A DNA stretch of 64,000 nt from the human T2T-CHM13v2.0 reference genome, Homo sapiens (GCF_009914755.1 NC_060937.1); one strand, 5' to 3'; shown: positions 42,396-58,411, numbered from the stretch's first letter. A program made the numbers and translations. Notes: generated by a model from the letters alone, not told the origin.

Positions 42396-42918
42396 GTTAT
42401 AATGTAGAAAAGATGCATGAGCCATTTCCTTTTACTCAAGACAATCAATGAGATGACTCCTACTTCTACAAAGGTGAGAATGCTCTACCTGGGAGTCTGA
42501 TAGAGTCAAAACTAAACAGAAACCTCTGCATCGTGCAGAGGAGCAGGACCATACAGAAGAAAATAATCTGGAACAGATTCATTAAGAAGAAATGTATTTT
42601 CTACCACTATTTATCCTAACCACATTTATCCTTGATATGTTGTTTTTCTTCCTAGGGTTTCAGAGTACCTGCATTATCATGATCAAAAGTTTAATGGTGA
42701 ATTAATGATGATGGTCACTTGGCCTTTTATATGTGTTCTCAGTGCATGCTTAATCAGACAAATCAAGGCAATAGAGGTAATTGAAGTAACTGAATTTTAG
42801 ACTAGGAAGTAGTCTTCAAGATTAACTGATTTACCTAAGGTCAGACAGCTAATTGTAACTAACCCTGACTAGGATCCGGGTCCATTAATGCCCCACTCAG
42901 CATGTGTTGATTTGTCAC

Positions 42919-43007
42919 CTCTGAAGTGTATTTCATTTTCAGTTATGCTTTTTACCTGATTCTATGCTTGTATGGAATGCGCAGGTTCTGTACTTACATC
43001 ATATAAC
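42919..43007 (-). pseudogene. Pseudo-exon, 89 bp
   Basis: tttgttttttgttgtag| ... gag|gtgaca. LYDVSTEPAHSIQA*NQVKSITENEIHFR. Confidence 0.55.
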
Positions 43008-43155
43008 CTACAACAAAAAACAAACTATGCAAGTATAGCTATGTTGCTCTGCATACATAGTGGTGGTATATTAAATATGGCCACGGATTCCTTTCTATTC
43101 CTCCTACTGAGAAGTGGAGTATAATACTCCTCCCCTTGAATTTAAACCAACTTAG

Positions 43156-44217
43156 TGCTATAGTATTGTGGCAAGCCATGTCTCACTAACGCAAGCCTCC
43201 ATTACAACTGTCCCAGCACTGACTGAGTAGCTAGGTTAAACGTTAAAAGCTGATTAAGCCAGTGCCCTATACAATGGCTGGAATGTAACAAAGAGCCCAC
43301 AGAGAGTTTTGTCTAGGCTTTTCCTGGGCCTTGAAGCATGACAATATAATGAAGGAATTCTTAACAGAGCCCATTTAGGATTAAACAAGTTTTACTGGGG
43401 GTCTGAAGAAACTCCCCAGGCCTCCACAGACAAGTTTACTGGGGTGTAAAGAAACTCCCAAACCTTTATGATTTAGCAGGAGACAAAGGGTAATCATCCC
43501 AGCACCTAGACCCATTTAGATGAAATAAACTTACTGAGGCTCCAGCAGAAGATCTTCAGGGCTCAGACCTTAGATATAGATTAAAAGAAGTTAATCACCA
43601 ATGTCTTTAGATGAATGCATACTTGCACACAGACATATAGCTTAAAAGATATATAAGCTCTGGAAAACTTTGTAATTTTGAGTTGGTCTGGTGACAATTT
43701 CCAGGCCTTCTCCCTGTAACTGGTTACAGAAATTAAAACTCTCTTCCTCCCCAGTTCATCTGCATCACGTTATTGGACCACAAGAAACAGCAGCCCGATC
43801 CTCAGTTTGGTCTGGGAACAGTATGAATTTTTGTCCCCTACAAACCTCATGTTGAAATATGATCCCTGGTGTTGGAGGTGTGACCTAATGGAAGGCATGT
43901 CATGGGGTAGGATCCCTCACAAATGACTTGGTGCTGATCCTCATAGCAATATGAGAGTTCTTGCTCTATTAGTTTCCATGACAGTAGGTTTTTTAAAAGA
44001 GCCTGGCATCTCCCCCATCTCTCTCTTGCTTCCTCTCCTATCAGGTGATTTCTGCACAGGTTTAATAGCCCTTCTCCTTCTGTCATGAGTATATGCAGTC
44101 TGAAGCCCATGCTGGTGCCTTGCTTCTTGTATAGTCTGTAGAACTCTAAGCCAAATTAGTTTATTTTTCTTATAAATTATCCAGCCTCAGGTATTCCTTT
44201 ATAGAAACACTAAGACA
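43156..44217 (+). mobile_element. MST-type MaLR LTR (interrupted by an ERV1 LTR)
   Basis: tgctatagtat|insert|gaatttttgtcccc...ataaattatccagcctcaggtattcctttatag...ctaagaca. TSD cttag/tttag. Confidence 0.8.
43167..43820 (+). mobile_element. ERV1 (MER4-group, MER50-like) solo LTR
   Basis: TG...CA ends (tgtggcaagccatgtctcactaacgc ... ggtctgggaaca). Perfect 4-bp TSD gtat. Confidence 0.8.
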
Positions 44218-44567
44218 TTTAGTGACTTGAGCAGTAAAATGTGGTGGAAGTGACATTTTGGGACTTCAGATGCTGTCCTATTAAGCCTCGCAATTGTTGC
44301 CCATGATTCTTGGAACGCTTGATCTTTGCAAGGCTAACATTTTTAGATTACCCTGTTATAAGGAAGCTGAAGACATCCACATGGAACATCTGTGAGGAGA
44401 CAGAGAAACCCAAACATCTCTACTGTTCAGCTATCCCAGGCCAGGAAACAGAAAAGTAAGTAAAGAAGGCATCTTGGACATGCCAGGCCAGCAGGCAGGA
44501 TGTGGAGAACCACTAAGGAAAGCAACTGATATCCTGTAGACCCGAGACATATAATCTAGCCAAACCA

Positions 44568-45382
44568 TGACAACTGACCAGATGCCCTTACAGATCTCCT
44601 CAGCTTGACAAAACTTTAGACAGCTTTCTTTCTAACTATACAGCCACTGGCTCCTTTCTTAGAACATTTACTTTAAATTGCTTGCAATTGTTGACTGTCT
44701 GCCCTTTTGAGATGTAAATCTTCCAGCCTCTTGCTGGTTTTACAACCCAGGAATGCCTTTCTCAAGGCCTGGCAGAAGCCATTTTTAAAAAATTGAATCA
44801 TCAAGAAAGATAGCTCCCATCTCCTACTTTCTATCACAGGGCAGGAGCCTAACTTAGCAAATACAGATGGCCTAATCACATTGATCAACCTCCACTCTAA
44901 TGTCCTCCAATACTTTTTACACTAGCTTATCCAAGCACTTAAACTCTCTGACTTTTTTGTTTCCATGGAGTTGAGTTAAATCTCTCTCCCCTATTGCAAT
45001 AATCTTGAACAAAGTCTTTCTTGCCATATTAACTCTATGTGGTGTGATTTTTATTTTTATTTTTATTTATTTATTTATTTTTGAGATGGAGTCTTGCTCT
45101 GCCGCCCATGCTGGAGCGCAGTGGCACGATTTTGGCTCACTGCAAGCTCCACCTCCCAGCTTCACACCATTCTCCTGCCTCAGACTCCTGAGTAGCTGGG
45201 ACTACAGGCACCCGCCACCAGGCCCGGCTAATTTTTTTTGTGTTTTTAGTAGAGACGGGGTTTTACCGTGTTGGCCAGGATGGTCTCGATCTCCTGACCT
45301 CATGATCCACCTGCCTCAGCCTCCCAAAGTGCTGGGATTACAGGCGTGAGCCACTGCGCCTGGCCGTGATTTTTATTTTGAC
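44568..45382 (+). mobile_element. MER31-like ERV1 LTR, interrupted by an Alu
   Basis: cttgacaaaactttag...ttttgagatgtaaatcttcc...ccctattgcaataatcttgaacaaagtc...ttttgaca. Confidence 0.7.
45058..45365 (-). mobile_element. AluY/AluSc8-like full-length Alu
   Basis: cactgcaagctcc, ttcacaccattctcc, gatggtctcgatctcc diagnostics. 14-bp TSD gtgatttttatttt (45044-45057, 45366-45379). Confidence 0.95.
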
Positions 45383-45690
45383 ACAACCAACCCAGCTATA
45401 TATATGTTTCTCTCCATCTGAGACCCCACTCATCTAGAAGTAGATGAGTGGGGTCATCTACAGGAGAAATCACTCCTGTGGTGTCTGCCCCAATTCCTGA
45501 CTCACAAAATCATGAGCATGATAAGATAGGTATAGTTTTATGCCCCTAAGTTTTGGTATGGTTTGTTATGCACAGTAGATAACTGGAAACTCTCTATTTC
45601 TCAGTCTCTCTCTCTCTCTGTGTCTCTCTCTCTGTATATATACATATATATATACACACACACATATTTATATATACATACATATACACA

Positions 45691-45917
45691 CAGTAAGTCT
45701 TCACTTAATGTCATTGATCTTAATGTCATTGACAGATTCTTGGAAACAGCAACTTTAAACAAAATGATGTACATCAGGTGCTTGAATAATGTTTTCATGC
45801 GTGTCATTTTGTTATAACATTGATGAGAAAAAAACTCTGATTTCTAATCAACATCAACACCATTTTGCTTCAAGTCGCAGTTTCTAAGAACCTACCGAAA
45901 TGTTAAGTGAGGATTTA
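45691..45917. mobile_element. MER6-family TcMar-Tigger MITE
   Basis: Inverted ends cagtaagtcttcacttaatg / tgttaagtgaggattta. Internal ttgttataacattgatgagaaaaaaa. Confidence 0.65.
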
Positions 45918-46580
45918 TATAGATATATAAATACATACATATATATACATACATACGTATATCTACATTTATCTCATATCTATATAATGTATTGATACAA
46001 TCTATATTGATATATCATGTAGATGTCATTCATAAGCATACATTTCTAAATGCATTCAGTGGGGGCTAGAAGCCCAAAATTTATGTTACTAATTTACTTT
46101 GGAGCATGCACTGGAGGTTCAATGCATTTGGTTACTTAGGAGAACATATACATCTTTACCTCAACTACATTGAATATGTGTCAAATCACTAAAACTAAAA
46201 CCTTATTAGATGCATAATTATTTTGTAGGCACCTAAGCAACTGTTTACATGTAGCCAGCCCCAAATTCCCAGAACCCTCTTTCAAAAGTGAGCTTGAATG
46301 TACAACTATTAGAAATAAGTATTTTTAAAAGTAAATAAGACTACTTGAAATAGTCTATTAAAATAATAAAAGACAATAAAAAGTAAGACAAAAAAAGCAA
46401 TATTTTCTCTGTAAATGACCTAAATTTGAAATGACCATCTTTTTAAAATAAGAGCAAACAAGTTTCAAATTTTAGGTTCAAAAGAGTAAATAATTGTTCA
46501 AGGTTCTAATGATACTTTCAAGAAAGGCATAATTCATTAGATTAAAATCATTTTGCTGTATTTCCAAGTTAACATGTACA

Positions 46581-46867
46581 CTTTTGTGGGAAAAAAACAC
46601 CATTTCTAAGTGAAGGAAAACTTAGAATATCTCTAAAACTGGCTTGACTCGACTACAGTGACCAGTTACTTCTGAGAAACTTGTTATGCATGGAGTCAGT
46701 TTTAATATTCGTGTTTGTCAACCAAGCCCTTTCAAGGGCATATCCGGAGGTCTCCTTAATGTCTAGCTCCACTATACTACTTGTGATGGGAAAAAACTTT
46801 CACAATCTATAATTTGAGTGTAAGGTCAAAGTATTTCTTCTCAGGACATTTTTGCTAAATCTTCTTC
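46581..46867 (-). pseudogene. Pseudo-exon, ~287 bp, frameshifted
   Basis: ttttctataataag|, phase 0: EEDLAKMS*EEIL*PYTQIIDCESFF / PITSSIVELDIKETSGYALERAWLTNTNIKTDSMHNKFLRSNWSL*SSQASFRDILSFPSLRNGVFFPQK. Confidence 0.6.
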
Positions 46868-47048
46868 CTTATTATAGAAAATTAAAACATTTATGTATAA
46901 ACCTCTAAAGTGTGTGTTTTATTGACTTATTTTTCATCTACTACATGGTTATATTCTACCTTATTAATAATTTTCCAGGTCATAAAATAAAAGCTGCTGT
47001 TTTATACTATTTTTTGAAAATATGTTGCCAATAGTGTATATACTTCAC

Positions 47049-47541
47049 ATATGTGTTTTGGGGAAGCAAGTGCCATAAAAAGAATACCCCAGTCCTGTTA
47101 TCATGGTGGGCCACCAGTATAGCAGCTCTGAAATGGCTGGGATTATTAAAATGAATGTTTGAAGAAGGAACACAGAGCAGATTAAGTACTTGGGTTGACT
47201 CAGGGTAGGTTTGGAACTTCTCAAGGCAGGTTCTGGGCATAGAGACTTCAAGGCAGTATTCTGGCAAGTCGGAGATGAATTGATAAATTCTTCTCTTGGG
47301 CTGAAGGATTTACCCCCACGCTTAGGAAACAGGGCAAGCTTTGTCTCATAAATATGTTTTGATTGTATCACTTGTTGAGCAGAAAGCTTTGATGAGTGAT
47401 TGCCTCAAGAATTTAAGTTCTTCCAAAGTCAACCTACTTGCATCACTTTTCACTGATGATGACTGTGAAGAAACGGATAGGTTCCTTAGTGATAGTATTG
47501 TGCCCTTGGACTCTCTCTGTTACTTAGTTTTATAATATGTC
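47049..47541 (-). pseudogene. Pseudo-exon, 493 bp
   Basis: aaattctag| ... tat|gtgaag. One frame, 164 codons, 4 stops: ...SRLTLEELKFLRQSLIKAFCSTS...ILQPKRRIYQFISDLPEYCLEVSMPRTCLEKFQTYPES...HFRAAILVAHHDNRTGVFFLWHLLPQNTY. Confidence 0.75.
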
Positions 47542-47766
47542 CTAGAATTTATACATTCTGGTTATGCCAACTCACCATGTGCCTTTCTTTATACTGATAG
47601 AATGACAGCAGTAATAGGGGAAAGGATTTAGATTAGGGTTTAAACAACTTTTTGATTATCGAGTTAAACAATTGTTTTAAAAATGTATTGGAATTTCTTT
47701 TGCTGAAAGGGTTTGTTTGGGTTAACTCTTTCCTAAGGGAGTTTAAGTGACTCAAAGAACATATAC

Positions 47767-47909
47767 TTCAGCATTTGCCATAGGCACGTAAAAATAAATC
47801 CCAGCCAGACCAAAGACAGAGTGTACTTTGGATTCCAAGTGACTATCTTGGTCACCAGGAAGCTGGCCTTAGAGTTTTTAAGAATATGATTCCTAGAACT
47901 TGCTGACAA
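47767..47909 (-). pseudogene. Pseudo-exon, 143 bp
   Basis: ttattttcaag| ... gaa|gtatat. Open phase 0->2 LSASSRNHILKNSKASFLVTKIVTWNPKYTLSLVWLGFIFTCLWQML. Confidence 0.65.
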
Positions 47910-48796
47910 CTTGAAAATAATCTTTTTAGAAAGCACTTATATTTCAAATGTATTTGTAAATATACATTTTAAAATAAATGATCACTTTTGCATTTTGTTT
48001 GGTTTTGATTAATTATTGTCATTTTCCCTGAATTCAAACTTCCTTATATGCAGGTTTAATTTCTTGATACATTAGGTACATGTGGAAGCTGTGATGTCTT
48101 GGATCTAAGAGAGTATTGATAAAGTTAACTTTGCACATTTACACATTCATTTATTAAACCAATATTTAGTCAGGAAGGGCTAGGTCCAAGAATAGCAATG
48201 AATCATCAGTTGAAACAGAGTAGGGCACAAAAGGAATAAATAATATGGAGAGGAAAATAAAATAAAAACCTCTACCAGAGATCGGAAACTTTCCTTAGGG
48301 AAAGTAACTTAGGAAACGAGTAAGTGATTCATGAGAATGAAGTGGAGGAGTTTGCTAAGTGAATTCCTAGATTGGGGATAGTGAGGGTAAATGTCTGTTG
48401 GGGATGATAAACAAAAAGTCTTATTTTGTAAAATGAATTAAGAAGGTTTACGTATTTTTCTATTCTACAAAAACTTTTATACTCAAAAATTTTTCTTGAA
48501 AAATTTAAAGAACTTGCCCATCTGTAAATCTGAGCTGAAATTTTAAAAGCACACATCAGAGGAAGGGGCCAGACCTACTGGAGCAGGGTTTTTTGCAAGA
48601 AACGCAGGGAGACAAAGGAGAAGCAGCATTTAGGCCCCCTTTGCCCAGTATATTCTAGGTTAGCACCAGAAATATATATGGGTCAGAGCCAACCTTAGGC
48701 AACAGGGTCCTTATATTATTTGATTAAGGAAGTTTTGCCCTGCCCCTTGCATGATCAAGAGCTGGTGTATGGAAACAAGCCAGGCAAGAACCTTAC

Positions 48797-49100
48797 CTGG
48801 ATGCCATCCTGCCAGCTCAGCATTTGGGTTTGGGGAAGAGGCTAGCCTTTCCCCTGGCTTGATCAGATGCCTGGGATTCTAACTGTGTGTTCACAGTTGT
48901 GGGGAGAGGCAAGCTATTGACAGGAGTCACATATTTGTTCGTGATTGTTGTCAGCAATCCTGCCTGGCATGATGGAGACAGAGGGCTGGATTCTAAGCCT
49001 TGCCTTTGGTGAGTTGTATTATCACAACAACTCTGGGACAAATTCTTCTTTCAAAGGCCAGCCCTCAACAGATCAGTCTTGGACAGCTTAACCTGGGCTC
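48797..49100 (-). pseudogene. Pseudo-exon (5' boundary uncertain)
   Basis: Consensus donor cag|gtaagg. Phase-0 frame VEGWPLKEEFVPELL**YNSPKARLRIQPSVSIMPGRIADNNHEQICDSCQ...QTQMLSWQDGIQ. Confidence 0.55.
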
Positions 49101-49409
49101 TCAGAATTAATTGGAAAAAACGTTCTGAGGTCAAAAATGCTGGAATGCATTAAAGTGGGATTTTACTACAGAATTTTATAAAGCTCTGATTTGCTCATAT
49201 GAGGACCAATTTTAAAAGACGGAGGTATAATATTGAGAGTTTCCCAAATTATCTTGGATGTTCACCTATTCACCTAGCACATGCCCTCTTTTGTGGCAAT
49301 CTCTTGGAATTAGTGTTAAACAAAATTTATGTAACGCCACTTTATATCTATATAGATATTCATGGTTATATTTGTATTTCAGACTATACTAAACTCTTCA
49401 GCATTTAAG

Positions 49410-52030
<2,621 letters not shown>

Positions 52031-52489
52031 TCCAGTGATTCCTTTTAATAAAACAATTTTGCGAATTTTTACTTATTATAATATATCATTTTACATTTTT
52101 GATAATATTTAATGCTTTATTCTGTATTTCTATACTATTTTAATATTTCTTAGACAACATGTACTATGTTTTCTTTGATTATTTTCTCTAAGTAATGAAA
52201 GGTATACTTTTCTAACACTTGTATTAATGTTTAACAGTGTGTTTTTATAAAAACATAAATAGAACTAAGCTGCGTAAAAACTCTAAAAGAGGTATACTAA
52301 AGAAGAAATGGTATGACATTACTGCAAGTTCTTAAGGAGAAAATGAGTCGGTGGATGTCTCAAACCTCCTCAGTGGTTTTGGCTGTATTGCTCTGCCTAG
52401 ATAATGCCTTTCATGATCCTTGTTTAGTATTTGTATTTCTTGATCTATGGTTAGAGTCACTTATTGGGTCACACAATAAAGTGATAAAC

Positions 52490-53010
52490 CAATAAATTAT
52501 AAAATAATCTCTATATAAGTGATTAATGATATGAAAAAAATTGAGGTGGTTTGAGGGAGAAAGAAAATTCCAGGGAAAGATGACAGAAAGTGGTTAAAAT
52601 AAACCTGAAGGTTAGAATAAGCATAATAAGGAAGGTGGCATTCAAGCAGACTTGAAGGAGGCAAAGGAATAAGTCAACGGATATCTTGGAGAAGACCATT
52701 CTAAGACTGGGGAATAGCTAGAGCAAAAGCCCTAAGTGGGGAGGATATTTGGCATATTCAAGAAACATCAGCTAGGCCAGCATAATTGGAATATAGTGAT
52801 TGACGAAGTCATACAAATGACATAAGAGAAGTAATAAGGGGGTCACCGAGACATGTGGGACCCTATATGTTATTGCAGACCAAAGCCATTTCAAGGTTTT
52901 GAGCAGAAACATGACATGATTTGACTTATGTTTTAACAGGCTCACTCTGTTTGCTCTGTTAGGATTACACTGGAGGGAATCTATGAGAAAAATGGGAAGA
53001 CTTATCTGGA
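52490..53010 (-). mobile_element. LINE-2 fragment
   Basis: gcagacttgaagg, gagcaaaagccctaagtggg, ggttttgagcagaaacatgacatgatttgactt. Confidence 0.7.
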
Positions 53011-53673
53011 GGCAGAGGGTGATGAAATTTCCATTTCCTATCAGTTAGAAATTGCATGCAATTTTGAGGGAAAAGAACTTAAAGTAAGTGTTAAAATATA
53101 AATGTATATATTCTTTCACATTTAGAAAATTCTGTATCATTCCATCTAAAGCTGGCCTGGTGGATCCATGTTCATCAGGGAATCAGGGTCTTTCTCACCT
53201 TTTGCTTTTCCATAACGATCCAAGATACCTACTGGTACTCACCTATTTATTCCAGGTAGAATAAATTCAGACCTAGAATTGCAAGGCTAAAATAAAGAAG
53301 AAAAGAAGAACAAAGGGCTCATACCCACTCCCTAGGAAGTTTTCCTAACATTCCTTTAAGAGTTTCAATGACATTTCATCGATTATTTCTACCTAAAAGG
53401 GAGCCTAGGTAACTTGTCCCTTTAGCTGAACAAATTGCCTATGGTTTTGTTTCTAAGGAAAAAGGGGAAGAATGGGTATTAGGAGGCAACTACTGGTTTC
53501 TGCCACATAGTGTGATTTATAACCACGTTAGCACTATCTTTTAGAAATTCTCTATTTACATGGTTTCAAGTTTATAGTTCTGCTACAAATGAAATCCCTA
53601 AAGATTATCCTATCTGGAATGCTCTCAAGAGCTGCTTGAAAGTTCTTTCACATTTTGGTAGATGGAAAAATGA

Positions 53674-54005
53674 GGTTGGGTGCAATGGCTCATACCTATA
53701 ATCCCAGCACTTTGGGAGGCAGAAGTAGGGGATCGTTTTGAGCCCAGAAGTTCAACACCTTGGACAACAGTGAGGCTTTATCTCTAAAAAAAAAAAAAAA
53801 GCCAAGTATGATGACACTTAGCTGTGGTCCTAGATACCCATGAGCCTGAGGCAGGAGGATTGCTTGAGTCCAAGAGGTCAAAGCTGCAGTGAGCTGTGAT
53901 CACACCACTGCATTCCAGCTTGGGCAACAGAGCAAGGCCGTTTCTAACAACAACAACAACAACAAAAACTCTACAAAGAAAGAAAGAAAGGAAAGAAAGA
54001 AGGAA
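53674..54005 (+). mobile_element. AluJ, between MLT1-type LTR relics (~53036-53505, ~54010-54460)
   Basis: gagcccagaagttcaa, gaggattgcttgag, gctgcagtgagctgtgatc; (caa)n/(gaaa)n tail. Confidence 0.88.
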
Positions 54006-54846
54006 ACATGACATCAGTTCCTCAACACTTCCTGCACTAAAACCCTTTGCCAAATAACTCTAAACTGTAACTTTCTAGTGACTGTCCCCTTGGACTCCGA
54101 GCAAGACCATGCCAGTTGCCCAGCTTCAAAAACTCTTCTCTTTGGCTCTTCTGTTATAAGAACTTGCTCAAGCTAGCCTGCTGAAGGATAAAAGAAACAT
54201 GGAACAGAATCCAGTTACCCCAGTCCTCTGAGAGAAGGCCAGCTTAGATAGGCCAATAGTCTATCTGCAAGTTCTTAAGGAGAAAATGAAACAGTGGATC
54301 CCCAAAGAGGTGAACAAGCTCAGCCAAGATCAAGAGATCCAATAGCCTAACAGGCTCCCATTTGATCCCAGACACCTGAACAACAGCACTTATTTTTGCT
54401 TATCACTGAGCTTTTGAGGTTGTTACTAGGCATTATTGTGGCAATTGATACCTGATACACATGGGGTTGGTATTATTCCCATATTTCCAGTAATGAAACA
54501 AATTTATCCTTTGTGAAGTATGTATTTGGTTATATCAATTGGTGAAGTTTGATATATTTGTTCAAGTTTTTTTCCCAAAAATAATAATGTACATTTATAT
54601 GGATTCTCACACTATACCTGCAAATACACATCTGTGTATGCATACTTGCTTTCTACATATAATGAAACAGAATTATATTATTCTTTATATAGTTGGGTAT
54701 CTGTCACATTGTCTGTGTAAATATACACAGGTTATCAGTTAAGTTTCTTATAGCCTTTCTTGTGGTCTGTGAAACGGTAGGTTTTCCTTTTCTGCATCTA
54801 CAAAAATAAAGGTCATCTGAAAAATCCCATGTTGTTAAAATGAGAA

Positions 54847-54877
<31 letters not shown>

Positions 54878-55072
54878 TGATACATGTTCCATATTGGGAA
54901 CTTCAGAATATATAGTATAATTTAAAGGTAATTGCAAATGAGATTTTTTTCAATTCAATATAGCACTATTACTAACAAAAATTGAATTGCATACATCTGC
55001 ATAGAAACAGTACAAATTCCTTTAGGATTTTATGAAAAAAAATGTTGTGGCGGGGAGCTGTTTAGGAAAAAC

Positions 55073-55492
55073 CTGCGTATGATATGTAAAATGCTGGGCA
55101 GCTTTCTTCTTTTGAGTTTTGAAACTTCTGATACTCTTCCTTTTTGCTTTTGGGTTCAATAGATTAAAAGGCACTTGGTCATTAAATACCTTTGAAGATA
55201 GTTATCTGCAAATTTGACTTTGGGGTACAAATATACGGGAACAATTTGTAACCTGGGAAAGTGGTAGTATGAAAGAGTAATATTTGAACAAGAATTGCTT
55301 GAGGAAGTATTTCCTACTTTTGACAGGCATCAATAGCAGATGGTGAGACCTACTGGGAAATAAGTGCAAGTATTGAGAGAGGGAATACTGTATAGTTGCA
55401 AATATAAGATCTGATGCAGCAGAAATCTCTCTCTGGAAACTGAAGTTAAATTGCCCATTAATGTTTTATAAACACTTTTTCTAATGGAAGAG
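55073..55492 (-). pseudogene. Pseudo-exon, ~420 bp
   Basis: cttttctgattaatttttag|. One frame of ~140 codons with 2 stops: SSIRKSVYKTLMGNLTSVSRERFLLHQILYLQLYSIP...LQIVPVYLYPKVKFADNYLQRY. Confidence 0.55.
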
Positions 55493-56424
55493 CTAAAAAT
55501 TAATCAGAAAAGAAGAGGTATTTTGGATAGCAAGATTTGTGCAGAAATTTCTTAGGGTTTTCTGGAAGCAATAGGCTAGCTCTTTAGATTGTGTAAAATG
55601 TGCAATGGGGACAACACAACTTTTAAATTATTTTTTGGAGTTTAAGTTGTTTGAATGTAGCATTGAGTAAAATGTGTGAATGTTGCATTAGAAAAAAAAG
55701 ACAGCAAATGTTTAGAAGAATAGAATTGAAGTTTACTTTTTCTAAATGATTATATACTGTTTAAAAAGTTTTCTATCACATGTCATAATTTCATTCTTAA
55801 TATATGAAAAATAAATTTGTTCAAAAATCAAGATTTTTAAAATACACATAAAATTAATTTTAAAATAATGTAAAAATATGTGAATTAACTTTTCATTGAG
55901 AATCTAATAATCCAAACACCTTCTCATAGTCACACAAAGATACACCTACACACACATACACAAACACACACATGCCAAATATATAACCATTTTACTTAAT
56001 TTTTTACTATATTAAAGTTGTTTCTACAATTGGAAGGTGTTTGCCATAATTTTATTTAAATGACTGAGTATGAATTTATTAAGCACCTTATTTTAGGACA
56101 CAAAATCTAGCTACTACCAATATCCTGAAATACATGTGACTGACTAGCCTTATTGAGTAGAACATTTGGTTTAAACACATAAAACAATTAAATGTTTAAA
56201 ATAAATCAGGGAGAATATGTTTGATAGCCAATATATAACTGAAGTTATAATCTAACAAATATTTCTCCTTATGATCAAGCATCTGCCCTTATGTACGATC
56301 ATTTTCTGTGAAACAGAAGAATTCACATGTCATGTTTACTGAAACTTGAGATCTACAGGAAAAAGGAGGAAGACAGAGAATCTTTACATATAAAAACAGA
56401 TATACAAAATTAACATAAACATCT

Positions 56425-56790
56425 AAATATGGGCTGAATCATGATCCCCAAAATTTATATGATGAAGTTGTAACTCCAGTACTTCTGAATGTGACTGTAT
56501 TTGAAGATAAGGTCTTTGAAGAAGTAATTAAGGTTAAATAGGGGTAATTAAGGTGGGCCCTAATCTGATATGGCTGGTGTCCCTGTAAGAAGAGGAGTTC
56601 AGGACACAGAGGGAAGCATAGGCCAAAGATGGCCTTGTCCAGCCTAGAAGAGAGGTCTCAGGAGAAACCAGCCCTGCTAACCCTTTATCTATTTCAGGCT
56701 TCTAGCCTCCAGAATTGTGGGAAAATTAATTTCTGTTGTTGAAATTAATTTCTGTGGTACTTTGATATGTTAGCCCAAGAAAACGATACA
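56425..56790 (+). mobile_element. MLT1B-like MaLR solo LTR
   Basis: tatgggctgaat...gtgactgtatttgaagataaggtctttg...ttctagcctccagaattgtg. Confidence 0.85.
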
Positions 56791-56879
56791 AATATATACT
56801 ATAGAAAAAAATAAAATTATTTAAACATAAGAAAGCCAGTTCTTTGTTATTGTCATAATAGATGTCTTAGAAAAAGCTA

Positions 56880-57525
56880 TGCTTCCTTTTATGTAATTTT
56901 CCAAATGGTGTTATTTTTGGGACACAACCACTTCTGCTATGAAATTTCTCTACATTTTGTATGTAAATTATTTATCCTCCATCTTCTTCTCTCCACCCAG
57001 GCTCACTCTCTTCTTTCTATTTTGCAGCAAGGATGTCTCATTATCAAAAATGTATGCTACGGTTAAGCCTAAACGGAGGCAAGTACACGAATATGTTAGA
57101 CTTAAAAATCTTTCCATGTTTCCTAAAACTCTCTCTGAGGGAATTTCTCCTTTCTTAATAAGTCAGTTGTTTTTGTTTAACCACTAATTTCTCTTTCTAA
57201 GCATAAGGGTATATGTGACACAGATGATGACATTTTATGGGAAGATATTTTACTAATAATTGAGAAATATTACATCAGCCAAAAATAGCAAACATCCAGG
57301 TGAGTATTACTTTATATTTGTAGAAAAACTAAAGCATTTGTCTTGAAGTATCATTATTATACCGTAAAGACTAATTTTTAGTTACATTATTTTTAAAATA
57401 AGTCACCAAATACTACTGTATTATACCTCTATTAAAACATAATTCAGTTTTTAGTGACTATAAGGCCTTAGTAAAATATATATACTATATATATATAATA
57501 TAGATATACTATATATACTATATAT

Positions 57526-57559
<34 letters not shown>

Positions 57560-58110
57560 CATATACACTATATGTATTTCCCACACTATATTTGTCAAGC
57601 ATCAGGGTCTTCCTATATTAATTTATTTAGCCAGTACATACTGGCCTGTTGACAATCATCCTCTGACAGGTGTAAGGTAGATTTTATACTGGGTATCTAA
57701 GCCTTAGTCCACAGTATAAGATAAACTATTATTCAAACCACTTTCAAAGAAAGACAAGCTTCAGATGAAATGGGAGCCCTGGAAGCTGAATCTGGCTGAA
57801 TTTTTTTATCTTTCTGAAAACTTTTTCACCTAAGAGGTTGTAGGAGTCATAAAATTTCTTGCGACAGGCATTTAGGAAGTTCAGGATGCTGATGACTGTA
57901 CTCTGGAAGCATTCACATAAACACAAAAGACATGTAAATTGTAGACCATTTGGAAAAGTCAGCACAAAGGTAAAGACTGAAAATTAACCTGAAGATAGAT
58001 CTACCTGCACTAGGGGAATCCGATAACAATCAAAGATCTTCATTGATGATTCAGAGCTAAGTTTCTCCCAGATTCTGCTCTCTCAGCAGTATACTGTCAA
58101 AACCAGTCGA
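56880..58110 (-). pseudogene. Three phase-linked pseudo-exons (58005-58110, 57742-57902, ~56880-57196)
   Basis: ttttattag|RLVLTVYC*ESRIWEKLSSESSMKIFDCYRIPLVQ|gtagat (2->0); cttccag|STVISILNFLNACRKKFYDSYNLLGEKVFRKIKKF...|gtggtt (0->2); cttag|...KKGEIPSERVLGNMERFLSLTYSCTCLRLGLTVAYIFDNE (phase 2). Confidence 0.65.
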
Positions 58111-58411
58111 CTAATAAAAGCAGGTCAGAAAAACAATTATTTGCAGAGCTAAGAGGCTCAAAACTGCAATTCTACATCTTCAAGTTCTAGCCCAAGTCAG
58201 ATGTTGGTTTAAACTTTAGACATATATATATATATATTAGAACTCAAAGCATGTCAAAGAATTCTGGAAAGAATTTAAAAATTAAGTTGGTGATTGTTCT
58301 AAAACAGTATTTAAAAAAAGAAAGCAAAAAGAGAGATTATTTAGAAGGAGAGAAACTATTGCAGATACAGGATCCTGTTGGTTACAAAAAAAAAAAAAAA
58401 AAAAAAGCTAC

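Larger units (their letters stand above)
43062..45590 (+). mobile_element. MLT1G/H-like MaLR LTR, host of a nested stack
   Basis: Starts ggtggtatattaaatatggccac...ccccttgaat, resumes tttagtgacttg at 44218, ends ...tttgttatgcacagtagataactggaa. Confidence 0.7.

Noticed and set aside
47380-47440. RLTLEELKFLRQSLIKA resembling the Spire Spir-box region
   Set aside because: Only a short amphipathic helix match. No following Cys-rich FYVE-like finger and no WH2/KIND sequence.
47341-47535. Plus-strand ORFs overlapping pseudo-exons (e.g. 1331-1579, 25232-25435, 47341-47535, 58913-59164, 60028-60249)
   Set aside because: No plus-strand splice chain was found. They are best explained as antisense shadows of minus-strand coding relics or chance.
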